Shown piece by piece: positions 19,597-31,129 of a stretch of DNA of 64,000 bases. The stretch is from Terriglobia bacterium. GTDB lineage: Bacteria > Acidobacteriota > Terriglobia > 20CM-2-55-15. Within the stretch, counting starts at the first letter, position 1. Every line of letters starts with the position of its first letter. Location: positions 96,001 through 160,000 of the forward strand of contig CAXWPJ010000009.1 of NCBI GenBank assembly GCA_963664115.2, given 5' to 3'. The notes beneath the pieces were generated by a model, which had not been told where the DNA came from, searched no databases, and saw nothing but the letters and a program-made list of their open reading frames with translations. Position numbers and translations under genes: made by a program.

Positions 19597-20085
19597 TCAG
19601 ATCTTTCCCAGACGGGAGAGGACGCGCTCGATAACACCTGTGCTCGATTGACCGGCGATCAAACCCACCGCGACGACTTCGCCACCCCACGCCTCCACTT
19701 CTTCCTGTCCGACAATGCCCTTGTCCGCCCAGTCGGAGCCTTTGACAAGTACGTCGGGATGGATCTTGAGGATCGTCTCCAAGGGAGTGTCTTCGTCGAA
19801 GACGCATACAAAATCGACGGGCTCCATCGCGATCAATACTTCGGCCCGCTCGGACTGATCAAAGATAGGACGCCCTGGCCCCTTGAATCGCCGGACGGAC
19901 TGATCGCTGTTGATGGCAACCACCAGGACATCTCCGTGCTCCCGGGCCGCCCGAAACAGTTCGATATGCCCCTTGTGGAGTATGTCGAAGCAACCGTTGG
20001 TAAACACGATCCGCTTCCCCCCGGCCTTCAAATCACGAACGGTCCCGGCAAGAGAGTCGATGGCTTCTATATTGTAGGTGGACAT
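19597..20085 (-). CDS. rfaE2: D-glycero-beta-D-manno-heptose 1-phosphate adenylyltransferase
   Basis: VFTNGCFDILHKGH, INSDQSVRRFKG and PDVLVKG. Confidence 0.92.
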   Translation of the reverse strand: MSTYNIEAIDSLAGTVRDLKAGGKRIVFTNGCFDILHKGHIELFRAAREHGDVLVVAINSDQSVRRFKGPGRPIFDQSERAEVLIAMEPVDFVCVFDEDTPLETILKIHPDVLVKGSDWADKGIVGQEEVEAWGGEVVAVGLIAGQSSTGVIERVLSRLGKI

Positions 20086-20138
20086 GCCCTTGTGGGGTTT
20101 CCAGAAGCTTCAGCCGTCTGGCGTTGCGGTCTTAAATT

Positions 20139-20147
20139 AGTATAGCA
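20139..20147 (-). promoter_or_regulatory. Extended -10 element (TGCTATACT) for the rfaE2-mfd operon
   Basis: Near-consensus TGnTATAcT about 55 nt upstream of the rfaE2 ATG. Confidence 0.4.
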
Positions 20148-20155
20148 TCGCCCTT

Positions 20156-21574
20156 GTGCGTCTCCGACTGACTGCCATAGCGGTATGTTCCGGCGCTTTT
20201 CTCCTCGGATGGATGGGTCTTCGGTCTGCCACACCGGAATTCGAAAGAGGAGTCCTGCCGCTCGACCCCGCAACGCCCTACATACGCTTTACTCCCGACT
20301 CTTCACCAAGCGCAACCGCTCTCCTCGTTCACGGCCTGAACTCCAACAAAGAATTCATGCAGACGTTCGCGATGGCATTGGCCGATGCCGGCGTTGAAAC
20401 CTATGCGATCGACCTTCCCGGTCACGGAGACTCGTCCGCACCGTTCAACTATTCTGACAGCCGTCGAGTGGTCGATACCTTGCTCGATTCGATGGAGCCC
20501 GGACCCGGCAATCTCATTGTCGTCGGTCACTCGATGGGGGGCGCCCTCCTGACGGATCTGGCACCCGCGCGGGGGTTTCGAACGATGCTCCTTCTGTCGC
20601 CGGCGCCCATCCCCTTAACCGAATTCTCGACTGAACGGTTTCTCATTGTGACCGGTGCGTTGGAGGCCCCGCGCATCAACCAGTTCATCCCCAGTCTGAT
20701 CGACGCCGCTGCTGGTGAGATCTTGTGGTGGAAGTTTCCTGACGCTGCGCATTCTACCGCCCTCTTCGATCCCGACAAAATCCGGCGAATGGTGGAGTGG
20801 GTCATCGACAGCAACGCAAGCGAGGAAAGCGAGAACAGCGCGGCGCGACTCGGGACTCTCGCCCGCTACGGATGGTTGATGCTGATGGCTCTGGCTGGAA
20901 TCGCCGGCGCGGTGCCACTGATGTGGAGACCCCGCACAATCCCCGGCGAAACACCACCTTCCGTTTCCCTGACACACGCGCTGGTCGCTTACATCGCAGC
21001 TTCGGGCGGCGGCGTCCTGTTGCTAAGGTTAATCAACCCGATGGGGTGGCTGAGTGTCTTTCGAGCGGACTATCTGATCGGTTTCATTCTGGTGGTGGGA
21101 CTGTTGCTGTGGCGAGGGCGCGGCTTCTCTGCCACCGGAGGGGGCCTCGCGATCGCTTTGATTGGCGCGGTCTACGTGATCGCCATTCTGGTAGTGGGCG
21201 TGGCGGGCAATCTCGTTCACCTGGTTCCATCGGGCATCCAGTGGTTCTGGTTCCCGACCCTGACAGTGGCCGGTCTGCCACTATTCCTTCATGACGAGCA
21301 GACGCTTCGGCCCGTCGGACTCGCATGGAAACGCTGGGGTATGTTCCTGCTGACCCGGGTCATCCTGTGGGCGGCGGTCGTGACCGGGGTGTTGCTCCTG
21401 AACACAGAAAACACCTTTCTCGTTTTGATCATGCACCTGGTTGTAGTGTTCTGGGTGCTGCTCTGGTGGATGACCGGGTTCATCGCCCGCAGGACAGGGG
21501 AGGCTGGGGCCGCGGCGCTTTTCGCCGCCGTCGTCCATGCCTGGGCCCTAGCCGCGCTGTTAGTCCGGGTTTGA
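20156..21574 (+). CDS. Alpha/beta-hydrolase fused to a multi-pass membrane domain
   Basis: LVHGL, DLPGHG, nucleophile elbow GHSMG and AAHS; about 7 C-terminal TM helices. Confidence 0.8.
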   Translation: MRLRLTAIAVCSGAFLLGWMGLRSATPEFERGVLPLDPATPYIRFTPDSSPSATALLVHGLNSNKEFMQTFAMALADAGVETYAIDLPGHGDSSAPFNYSDSRRVVDTLLDSMEPGPGNLIVVGHSMGGALLTDLAPARGFRTMLLLSPAPIPLTEFSTERFLIVTGALEAPRINQFIPSLIDAAAGEILWWKFPDAAHSTALFDPDKIRRMVEWVIDSNASEESENSAARLGTLARYGWLMLMALAGIAGAVPLMWRPRTIPGETPPSVSLTHALVAYIAASGGGVLLLRLINPMGWLSVFRADYLIGFILVVGLLLWRGRGFSATGGGLAIALIGAVYVIAILVVGVAGNLVHLVPSGIQWFWFPTLTVAGLPLFLHDEQTLRPVGLAWKRWGMFLLTRVILWAAVVTGVLLLNTENTFLVLIMHLVVVFWVLLWWMTGFIARRTGEAGAAALFAAVVHAWALAALLVRV

Positions 21575-21578
21575 AATG

Positions 21579-21656
21579 GGGGTCAGAGCCCTATATCCCC
21601 ATTTTAATTACACGAATAACTGTAGGACTAAATAGGGGATATAGGGCTCTGACCCC
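21579..21656. repeat. Perfect 22-bp inverted repeat (REP-like, probably a bidirectional terminator) between convergent genes
   Basis: GGGGTCAGAGCCCTATATCCCC, 34-nt AT-rich spacer, GGGGATATAGGGCTCTGACCCC. Confidence 0.85.
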
Positions 21657-21659
21657 TAT

Positions 21660-22877
21660 TTAATTTATTTCCACCAGTCCTATGCGGTTCGAACTGGTTT
21701 GATGAATAAGCAGGTTGCCGGCCTCGGTCACCCAAAAATTCCGGACGATGCCGACACCGGAGGGGATAGCCCAGCTTTGGAACTGTTCCGTCTCCGGCTC
21801 GAATCGCACGAGCGCATCCGGCCTCATCCCCGACTCGTTGTACCAGATGACGTCGTCGACTACGGCGAAAGCATAGGGATGGGAGTCCGGTCCACTCGGT
21901 GATGGCCACTCCCGGATCTCGCCCGTCTCCGGGTTGAGCCTTCCAATACGCCCCATAGTCGAGTTCCCGTACCAGACCATGCCATCACTGGTGATGCCGA
22001 GCCGGCGAACGCGCGAGGCTTCGTTCGGCACCTCGTAATAGCGGACCGCCATCGTCTCCGGATTGAGGGCCCCGATCTTGTTGGTGCCGTTGTATGCGAT
22101 CCAGACGGTACCGTCAGGAGCCACCTGGAGACCGTATGGCCTCTGCTCCGTCTGTATCTCGGTAATCTCACCAGTCTCCGGGCTGAGGCGCCCAAGCATA
22201 TTGGCGGCCTGGGAGGTGAAGAAGAGCCTGCCGTTGGGATGGAAGGTGGCGCTATGGGGATCACGGGCCTCGGTCTCGTATTCGGTGATCTCGCCTGTCC
22301 TGGGATCAAGCTTGCCAACTGTGGCGTTGCTGTTTCCCGTGTACCAGATGTTACCGTCCGCGTCGGGAACGATGGTGTGCGGCCGGGCATCGGGCGGAAG
22401 GAGAAACTCTTCCATCTCTCCCGTCTCCGGATCGAGCCGCCCAGCGAGGCTGGCCCACATCCCCGTCCACCAGATCGAGCCGTCCGGCGCCTCGACCACA
22501 TCACGCGAGCGCTGGCCGAGGGTCGGCACCATCCATTCCGTAATCTCGATCGATGCGTCACCCGGGACCAGGGTGGGACGCCGCCCCGCCTGCTCGGGGA
22601 AGTGCTCGGCCAGATACTGGGACACGGTGTTGGCCTGGGCGTCGGGCATCGACACCATGGTGGCTACGAGCATGTTCCAGTCGTCCTTGTCATATCCCGC
22701 CGAGTTGGTGATCTGGTTGAGTCCGTGGCACTGGGTACACTGGCTCTGAATAAGTCCTTGACCGGCGCCTGCCGGCAACTGAATTGGCTGACCTCCTCGC
22801 TGCGCTTCGGCCGGGACAGCTACAAGCAAACAGAAGAACACCGCGATGGTCAGGACTCGGAACACAATGCTTCGCAT
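21660..22877 (-). CDS. Cytochrome c domain fused to a Vgb-like beta-propeller, exported
   Basis: Signal peptide, CTQCH heme motif and repeated DGxIW(W/Y)T / GRLDPETGE blades. Confidence 0.8.
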   Translation of the reverse strand: MRSIVFRVLTIAVFFCLLVAVPAEAQRGGQPIQLPAGAGQGLIQSQCTQCHGLNQITNSAGYDKDDWNMLVATMVSMPDAQANTVSQYLAEHFPEQAGRRPTLVPGDASIEITEWMVPTLGQRSRDVVEAPDGSIWWTGMWASLAGRLDPETGEMEEFLLPPDARPHTIVPDADGNIWYTGNSNATVGKLDPRTGEITEYETEARDPHSATFHPNGRLFFTSQAANMLGRLSPETGEITEIQTEQRPYGLQVAPDGTVWIAYNGTNKIGALNPETMAVRYYEVPNEASRVRRLGITSDGMVWYGNSTMGRIGRLNPETGEIREWPSPSGPDSHPYAFAVVDDVIWYNESGMRPDALVRFEPETEQFQSWAIPSGVGIVRNFWVTEAGNLLIHQTSSNRIGLVEIN

Positions 22878-23582
22878 AAGGCTTACCTCGATCCTCAAAA
22901 GATTCGCGTCCCTATCGCGACCATTGACGGATCGCTGCGGGCCATTCCCCGACAGATACAAGACGCATTGGGTACTGCTAGTATAGGCCGATACTACACT
23001 TCGCTACCGACACGAGCAAGTTCTTCCCGCCGCATCTGCACTCGACCTAAGGTATCGGGGCCATCACTTCAAACAATCGACGACGCCCTTCTCAGCAGTT
23101 ACAGATGTTGATGAACTCACTGGGGATCACGGCCGACCGATCGACTTTGACGGCGCACCCCCCTCGGAAGCGCCGGCCGACAGCAAATCTCCAACCAAGA
23201 CAGCAGCCCGATATCCAGGCCTGCACGGCTTCGGATCGCTATTTCCCGAAGAGGCTCTAAGAAGTGTATGTGTTGGGGTTCGAAGAGCTTCCACGCTATG
23301 CTGATTTTCGTCGCCGTTTCACCTCCCACTTTCGGGAAATAGGACTTGTGAGGAATGCCGGCCAACGGAGTCAACTGTCGCTTCCGCGCAATGCTTCGTG
23401 TCTTGCGATCAGACGCCGGGGCACTGCCATTGCTCATGCACATTGACTGCCTGATGTCCAGGCTGTAAAGTCCAGGCACTTAAGGATTCCATAACTCCAT
23501 AACGTCGACCGTGATGGCGTTACCGAACAAGAGTCGGAATTGAGCACCCTCGCTGGGGCACTGCCTACTGAGACTGCAGCCA

Positions 23583-26500
23583 ATGAGCAAACCTTCAAGA
23601 CGCAGGTTGGCCGACAGGCTCCTCGTTTTAGCCGTCCTGACTTGCGTTCTGGTCTCTTTCAACCTGACATCCGCGGCAAATCCCTCTGCTGTTCAAGAGC
23701 CCTCCGGCGGAGCAGACCCCAACCGTCTGTGGGCAATCGTCATCGGCGTCTCGAATTATACTCATGCCGAACCTCTACTTTATGCGGCGTCCGATGCGGC
23801 GGCCTTCGGGGAGTTTCTGAAAAGTCCGCGGGGCGGAGGCATCCCTGAGGATCACATTTTCGTCTTGCTCGAAGACGAGGCAACGCGGTTTGGCGTCCTG
23901 GTGGCACTGGAGGAACTGCAGGGCAAGGTTCAACGGGGAGACACGGTGTATGTATACATCGCTGGACACGGTTTCATCAAAAACCGGGTGGGCTATTTCA
24001 TCCCCAGTGATGGCGCTTTGAACCTACCTGCCGCTACCGCAATCAACTTCTCGCATCTCAAAGATATGGTCGAATCCGGCCTGGCCCACGCAAACACACG
24101 CATCCTGGTGACCGACATGTGCAACGCGGGGCGTATCGGGCCGGATCAGTCGGAGCTGGGGGCAGGAATACAGAACCTCATCAACGCAAACCTTCTCGAC
24201 CTCAACGCGGGTGAGGGGACATTTCTGAACCTTCTGGCCAGTCGCCCGACGGAGGCGTCGTGGGAAAGCGACGAACTGCAACAGGGTGTATTTACCTACA
24301 CGCTCCTCGAAGCCTTGAACGGAAGGGGTAGCCCGGAGGGCCAGACCGTCGCTTCGGCAAGCGACGTCGTGAACTACGTTCGTACCGAAGTCGCCAGCTA
24401 TACGGCAAGCCAACAGAATCCGATGGCCAACGAGGGCTTCGATCCTCAGTTGCCACTCGCTTATCTGGATCTTCCCGGACCGGATGTTTCGGCCACGGAT
24501 CCACGGACGAGCCTCGTCATCGTCAACGCGGGACAGTTCGGTTATGACCGTGTTGCGTGGCAAGAGTCTCTGACCCAAGCCCAAGCAATGTTACTGCTCC
24601 CCGAGGGTCAGGAGAGCATCGAAATTGCCCCCCTGGAGACGGGCGAACTCGAATTGGTATTTCGCGGTTCCGAGGATCAGGAACGCACTGTAAGGGTAGA
24701 ACTTGAATCGGGAGAGAATACACTGACACTCGACGCCGCTCGGTTCGATTTCCAGCCGGCGGGTCCGGTTCAGTTTGCGGCACTGACTCCATCCCCTCCA
24801 CCCCCGGCGCAGCTTGCCGTTCCGGTTGGGACGTCGATGTTGTTCCTGAGGCTGGAGGCAGACACCGAAATTTATGTCGACGATCAGTTTTTCGGGAGCA
24901 GTGGTGCGAATGAACGACTTGTCGAACTCCGCGGTCTTGCACCCGGTATCCGAAACCTCCAGCTTCTCGAAGGAGCCGACCGGGAATATCGCTTCCGCCT
25001 GGAACTGTTTTCCGGACCGCACGCTCTGGATCTGTCGAGTGGTGAATTACGCTTCCTCGCAGCAAGACCCCCGGCCCCGTCTCCGGACAATGTCCCGCCG
25101 ACTCTTCCCGTCGGGTCCGTTCAAACTTATCAGGATTTTGAGCGCGCGTTGTGGGCCAGCGACCTGATCGAACCGGACGGACAATCCGCCTGGGACTACT
25201 ACAACCAGATCTCCAATCTGGTTTCGGCGGACATCGCCAACGACATGCGAGTCCGCTTGGTTGTTGCCCTGGGAGATCAAGCGCAACAAACGATTTTGAA
25301 GTATCGGAAAGGCGGTGATATCCGATGGAGCGCCGATATCTTTGAAGATGCATCTGTGTTGACCCAACGCGTACTCGATCTTTTTCCGACAACACCGGAG
25401 CTGGAATCTCAACGCCAGTTCTTCGATGGCCGCGCACTTGTGGAAAACGGCCAGTACGTGGAGGCGGTCCAAACGCTCCAAGAGGCGATCGATCTGGACC
25501 CCGAAGCAAGTCACGCCCATAACGCAATCGGGCTCTCATTCTGGCAGCAGGGACTGCTCGACAGAGCGATCCCCTCTCTCCAACAGGCGATCGCCCTGAC
25601 TCCGGAATGGAACTATCCCCGATATACACTGTCGTTGGTCTACCTCGAACAACGCCTCTACGACCAGGCCGAACAGGGATTCCAGGCTGCACTCGCCAAC
25701 GATGCTGAGGACAGTGCGGCGTACCACGGTTTGGGCCAGATCTACCTGTTAGAGGGTCGAAACGACGAAGCTGAAACTCAACTCCAACAGGCAGTCCTTT
25801 TCAACCCCGGGAACGCATACGCCCATCATACCTACGGACAATTTCAGCAGCGGCTGGGCGTGCTCGACCAAGCAGAAGAGATGTTTCGGCTTGCGATCCG
25901 AATCGAGCCAGAAGAGCCGGCTTTTCGCGCCAGCCTGGGTGCATTGCTTGCCGATAACGGCTTGGTGGCCGAGGCCGAGGCCGTTTTTGCCGAGGTTGCA
26001 GCGACAGATCCGAACAGCATCCCGGTCGTACAGGCATACCGAGGTTTCTTAGAGTCGGAAAACAGACTGGATGAAGTTGAGGACTTGCTCGAACGGGCGA
26101 TCGAGCGGTCTCCCGAAGATCCCAACCTCCATGTCCTCTATGGAGGATTTCTTCGAGAGCAGGGACGGCCGGACGATGCCGAGGAAGAATATGAAGAGGC
26201 CATCGAGTTAGATGGTACCAATGCCTTCGCGCACCATGATCTGGCGACCTTGGAGTTGGAACGTCAGAATCTCGATGACGCCGAACGAGAGCTCCAGCTT
26301 GCGGTTGAGGCTGACCCTCGATTCCCTGCGCCCCGGCGCCTCTTGGGCCAGATCCGATCCGCGCAGGGTCGATTCGAGGATGCTCTTAGGGAATACGAAA
26401 TCGCCCTTGAGTTTTCAGTTGAGCCGGAACAGCGACAGGAGTTCGAGAGTGCAGTTGCCGAAACCCGCACATTGGTGGTTGCCGCCATGCTCGACAACGG

Positions 26501-27413
26501 CGGGGAAGCTTTTAACGACGAGCGCTATGGAGACGCATGGGAAGTTTATCTCGATGCTGCGACGGTGTCTCCTGAAGATGTTGATGTGAGGAACGCGATT
26601 TTGAGGTTCCAGTATGAGCGCCCTCTGGAGGGTGAAACCGGCGCGCTGCCCGTATCAGAGTTGGCGTCGGTCCTCAATACGGAGTTTTGGCGGCAGCAAA
26701 CCGCGGCTGAAAGTTTGTGGAGAGATGGCCGAAGCGATGAAGCGCTCGCGATGTTCCGGGCAGCCTTGATTGACCTGGATTCCGATGAGAGAATCCGGAT
26801 CGCAGGAACGCAATTTAATCTGCGCAACGACGCGTACGGCATCCACGAGATCGTCTACCGCTGGGCTATGAGGATGATCGGTGAGCGTGACTACGCGGGA
26901 GCCGAAGAACTTATGGCCCGTGCCCGCGAGCTCAACCTTTACGCTCCGGTTCCCGGCTTCTCTCCACTTACGATCGATAGTTTGATGTATCCCGAGGACG
27001 CTGTTGACCCCCAGGTGTTTGCAGATTTCGAGATCGCGCATCATCCCGATGAACGGGCCCACGAAATCTATGCAATTCTGATCGCCGTGGCCGGATCGAG
27101 CGATGAGGTTCCGACATATCTCGAGACCTTTGAAGGGCGCGGTCCCAACATCAGAATCCGAATGTCCGTAGCCGAGGCCTTAAGTCGGGAGTCCATGTTC
27201 GAAGAAGCGGTGCCTGTGCTCGAGCCCATCGTCTCAAACGAGGGACAGGTCCTCGAGAGGGAGTCACTCCCGTCAGTCTACGTGTTGTTGGCCGCATTGG
27301 AATGCTCCGCCGGTGACTGCCGAGCAGCTCTCGAAACACTGGAGGCGGGGCAAGGGCTGTTTCCCGACAGCGAATTGATCCGGGATGCAATCGGACGGAT
27401 AAGACAGCCTTGA
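23583..27413 (+). CDS. Exported caspase-family (peptidase C14) protein with PEGA-like linkers and a long TPR array
   Basis: Signal peptide; WAIVIGVSNY, catalytic His in YIAGHG and Cys in TDMCNAG, GVFTYTLLEALNG and QNP; more than 10 TPR repeats (e.g. EAIDLDPEASHAHNAIG). Confidence 0.88.
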   Translation: MSKPSRRRLADRLLVLAVLTCVLVSFNLTSAANPSAVQEPSGGADPNRLWAIVIGVSNYTHAEPLLYAASDAAAFGEFLKSPRGGGIPEDHIFVLLEDEATRFGVLVALEELQGKVQRGDTVYVYIAGHGFIKNRVGYFIPSDGALNLPAATAINFSHLKDMVESGLAHANTRILVTDMCNAGRIGPDQSELGAGIQNLINANLLDLNAGEGTFLNLLASRPTEASWESDELQQGVFTYTLLEALNGRGSPEGQTVASASDVVNYVRTEVASYTASQQNPMANEGFDPQLPLAYLDLPGPDVSATDPRTSLVIVNAGQFGYDRVAWQESLTQAQAMLLLPEGQESIEIAPLETGELELVFRGSEDQERTVRVELESGENTLTLDAARFDFQPAGPVQFAALTPSPPPPAQLAVPVGTSMLFLRLEADTEIYVDDQFFGSSGANERLVELRGLAPGIRNLQLLEGADREYRFRLELFSGPHALDLSSGELRFLAARPPAPSPDNVPPTLPVGSVQTYQDFERALWASDLIEPDGQSAWDYYNQISNLVSADIANDMRVRLVVALGDQAQQTILKYRKGGDIRWSADIFEDASVLTQRVLDLFPTTPELESQRQFFDGRALVENGQYVEAVQTLQEAIDLDPEASHAHNAIGLSFWQQGLLDRAIPSLQQAIALTPEWNYPRYTLSLVYLEQRLYDQAEQGFQAALANDAEDSAAYHGLGQIYLLEGRNDEAETQLQQAVLFNPGNAYAHHTYGQFQQRLGVLDQAEEMFRLAIRIEPEEPAFRASLGALLADNGLVAEAEAVFAEVAATDPNSIPVVQAYRGFLESENRLDEVEDLLERAIERSPEDPNLHVLYGGFLREQGRPDDAEEEYEEAIELDGTNAFAHHDLATLELERQNLDDAERELQLAVEADPRFPAPRRLLGQIRSAQGRFEDALREYEIALEFSVEPEQRQEFESAVAETRTLVVAAMLDNGGEAFNDERYGDAWEVYLDAATVSPEDVDVRNAILRFQYERPLEGETGALPVSELASVLNTEFWRQQTAAESLWRDGRSDEALAMFRAALIDLDSDERIRIAGTQFNLRNDAYGIHEIVYRWAMRMIGERDYAGAEELMARARELNLYAPVPGFSPLTIDSLMYPEDAVDPQVFADFEIAHHPDERAHEIYAILIAVAGSSDEVPTYLETFEGRGPNIRIRMSVAEALSRESMFEEAVPVLEPIVSNEGQVLERESLPSVYVLLAALECSAGDCRAALETLEAGQGLFPDSELIRDAIGRIRQP

Positions 27414-27452
27414 TGATTCTGGCCAGACGGCGCCATCGACGACCCTAGCTAA

Positions 27453-30400
27453 ATGGCAATACTGCTTCTTCTAATTGGAATTCCATTGTCGAACATTGCC
27501 GATACGCTCACGGGCGAGGCCCGCGGCACGGTTCTTGACATCGTCAGCCAGAATCCCATCGAAGACACAACCATGACGCTGACCAACGTCGACCGGGGAT
27601 GGTCGAGACAGGTTCCAAGTGACGCGACCGGAAATTACGTTTTTATTCAACTTGAGCCCGGCAACTATGGGGTTACAGCCGAGAAGGAAGGCTATTACAC
27701 GAGCGAACGTACCGACGTTCTGGTCCGACTCAATCAACCCAAGGTTGTGATTCCACCGTTCGAGCTTCGCAGCCTCGTTGCCACACCGACGCAACAAATC
27801 ACGGTTCAGGGAGAGCAGGCGCGTGTGGCGCTCATTGATCTCACCGCTCCAGGGCCATCTCCAGCGATTCTGGCTTTCATTAACGAGCCGGGCTTCACCT
27901 CTCTGGCCTCCACACTCGACTGGACTCTCCGGTACAACTTTGACAGCCAGATGCTCGATCTTCTTCCCTTGAGGGGCAGTAGAAGTTTCGACCAACTGTC
28001 CCTGCTTTCGCCAGGGGTGTTCAGGGTACCATTTTCGGGCGGATCGGGACCTGCCGTAGGAAATGGCGTCGGTTCGACAGGCCAGTTCTCTGTGAATGGA
28101 ATGCGCAGTCGAAGCAATAACTTCACCGTCGACGGGTCGGACAACAACGATGCAGACATCGGAGTACGCCGGCAAGGTTTCGTAGCCATGGTGCCGCAGA
28201 CCGTCGAGAGCGTCCAGGAATTTCAGATCGTCACTGCAGGTTTTCCCGCCGAATCTGGCAGAAACACGGGCTCCATGGTGAATGCTGTGTCACGCTCGGG
28301 CCAACAAGACGTTCATGGCAGCGTCTATGGTTTCTTTACAGATGACAGGCTCGCAACGCGGGACTACTTCGACCACTCCTTCGAAGACACCGTCAACCCT
28401 TCGAACCTGAGTGGAGGCAGCTACAGCGGGCAAGACTTCGATCATTATCAACTGGGCGGTGTCGTTGGCGGCCCCATCCTTCCCGACCGCTTGTACTATT
28501 TCGTCTCCGCAGAAAAACAGAGGAGCCGTGGCGCGGCGCTCGGGCACTTTATCGTCCCGACTGTTGAAGAACGAGGGCTGAGGACCATGAACGGAGTCAC
28601 TCCGATCGAAGAACTCGGTCAATTTCTTGAAACACGAGGCATTCCCTATTCTGATCAGGCAGGAAAAGGTGTCTTCTCTTTGTACCCACTTCCGAACGAC
28701 TCCTCGGGTCCATTTGGCGCGAACAACTATGCGTCAAGCCGTCTCTACAGGGGAGATGGCGTGGTCCTGTCGGGCCGGGTCGACTGGTACCTTTCCTCCG
28801 CTCACAGTTTCACGGGAAGATACAACTTCACCGATGACGATTCTGTCATTCCGTTCACCGGTAACGCGATCAACTCCTCTCTGGGAACAGCGACACGAAC
28901 TCAAAATGTGTCGTTGTTCTTTAACACTTCGACCGGGAACTTCGGGAACATGGTCCGATTCTCTTACGGGAGAACACACTTGGAATTCCCTGCTGATGAG
29001 GGCGATCCTCTTCTCTTCGGCTCTCTCCCGTCCGCCGATTGGCCTGCAGAATTCAGCAACAGCATCGATACCGGCTATGGGCGATTCGGGCCCTTCGGGG
29101 CCACAGGTCCCATCGGCCAGCTTCAAGTTCTGCCCTACAGTATGGTCGGCATCGACGTGTTCAACTTTCCACAGGGTCGCGTTGACAATACATTCCAGAT
29201 CAGCGACTTCGTGACTTTGACCGGTGAGCGACATACGACGAAGTTTGGCTTCGACATCCGGCGGTCCCAGTTGAATAGTTTCAGCGACCGCAACAGCAGG
29301 CCGCTGGTTGTTTTCGGTAGTGGCACTGTTTCCTCCGGTTGCATGGCCAACCCCTTGTGCCCGTTCGCCACGCCGGACGGACGACTCGAGGGAACGGATC
29401 TTGCCGCGCTCGGAGCTCCTGCCGGTTTCCTCCAGACGATCAGTACGAATCCCGCAGCCGATACGACCATTGGTCTTCGCTATTCTCAGTTCGATTTCTT
29501 CTTACAGACAGACCTAAGACTCCGCTCCAACCTGAACTTGAACATCGGCGCCCGCTACGAATTGCAAACGGTCCCTCGTGAGGTGAATTCGCGAATCGAA
29601 GATACCTTTGGCGTTCGCCCCGACCAATTCAGCCACCTCGAACCGACGGGCAGTGCCCGGGATCGCTTGATCATACGAGCCGGAAATGCCGCGTTCGATC
29701 AGGCCGTGGTAGCGCTCGGGAATTTCACGGCAGGACGAGAAAAGATATATGACTCCAACGTGAGCAATATTGGGCCCCGCATCGGTTTCGCGTGGGATCC
29801 AGTGGGCGACGGTCGAGCGGTCGTTCGCGGTGGCTACAGTCTGCAATTCGACGCAAATCTCGGCGCGTTTACGAGCCAGTCCAGAAACGTGTTTCCTACG
29901 TTTGCGCCACTGAACCTTGATCTGAATTTCCGTCCGCCTAACGGTCAATTCCTGAACAGCCCGGCGTTCTTTTCGTTTCTACCGACTGACGAACCACTCA
30001 TCACGCCGGGGACATTGAATGCCTACAATCTGACCGGCGACTCGTTTGCGACAGGATTAGGAACACTCTTCTTGCAGGCGCCACCGATTCCCGGCGCTAG
30101 CTTGAGTAGCAACGGCTTGGCATTCCGTTTGCCGGAACGCGATCTGGAATCTAGTTACGCACAGCATTTTGTCGTTTCAGCTGAGACACAGTTCGGCCAG
30201 CACTGGCTGGTAACCCTGAGCTACGTTGGAACAAAAGGACATAATCTAGCGCGCTTCACGAGTCCAAACGGAGGACTCATTTCAACACCTGTCCTCTTAA
30301 TCTTCTCCAAGGCTGCCTTTGACGATATTGGATTTGCCGCCTACAGTCGGGAGCACGCTTGGAGGACGCGCGGTTCCGGGACTCGGGGCTTTCGATATCC

Positions 30401-31113
30401 TCGAAAATTCAGCCACTTCCAACTACCATTCGCTTCAATTATCAGCTGAAAAGAGATTGAGCCGGGGATTTCAATTCCGCTCAAGCTGGACCTGGTCACA
30501 CACCATCGACGACATCTCGGACCCCTTCAACGGTCGCGGCTTCTTCTATCTGCCGCAGGACATTTCAGACGTTGGCGCTGAGCGCGCGTCTGCGAGTTTC
30601 GACGTGCGACATCGCCTGAGTGGATTCCTGGTTTGGGAACTACCTGGAACCGGACGATTGTTGGGGAATTGGAAAGTGGCTGCGGTCGCGGAACTTCAGG
30701 GCGGGCAACCTTTCACTGTAAATACGTCTATAGACCGAAACCACGATGGAAACCTGACGGACCGACTGGACCAAACCGCAGGATTGACGGTCAATCCAGA
30801 AAGCGAAGAAGCAATCAAACTCGATCCAGCAGTCCAGACACTCGATCTGATCGCGAAATCCGGAGAGGCTGGGCGGGTCGGTAGAAACAGTTTTCGGGGC
30901 GATGGGCTGGCGACGCTCGACACTGCGGTGTCACGAAGTTTCTCCCTGGGAGAATCTCGCTCACTCGATCTGCGTGTTGAAATCTTCAACGTCTTCAACA
31001 ACACCGCTTTTGGAACGCCGATCCGGATTCTCGAGTCTCCGGGCTTCGGGCGGGCATTCGACACGCAAACCGATGCTAGAAGGATGAGACTCGCGTTGAA
31101 ATTGAAGTTCTGA
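27453..31113 (+). CDS. Oar-type TonB-dependent receptor with an N-terminal carboxypeptidase-regulatory-like domain, split by a +1 frameshift near 30299
   Basis: FSVNGMRSRSNNFTVDGSDNND, SVQEFQIVT and GPRIGFAWDP in ORF 27453-30449; SNYHSLQ, LRVEIFNVFN and C-terminal Phe (LKLKF) in ORF 30319-31113. Removing one base at TTAATC joins the two ORFs. Confidence 0.85.
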
Positions 31114-31129
31114 TTCTGCGGAGGTCACC

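Noticed and set aside
23117-23479. 120-aa ORF upstream of the caspase gene
   Set aside because: No family features and atypical composition; treated as intergenic
24523-25692. 389-aa antisense ORF inside the caspase-TPR gene
   Set aside because: Arg/Pro-rich shadow ORF typical of GC-rich DNA
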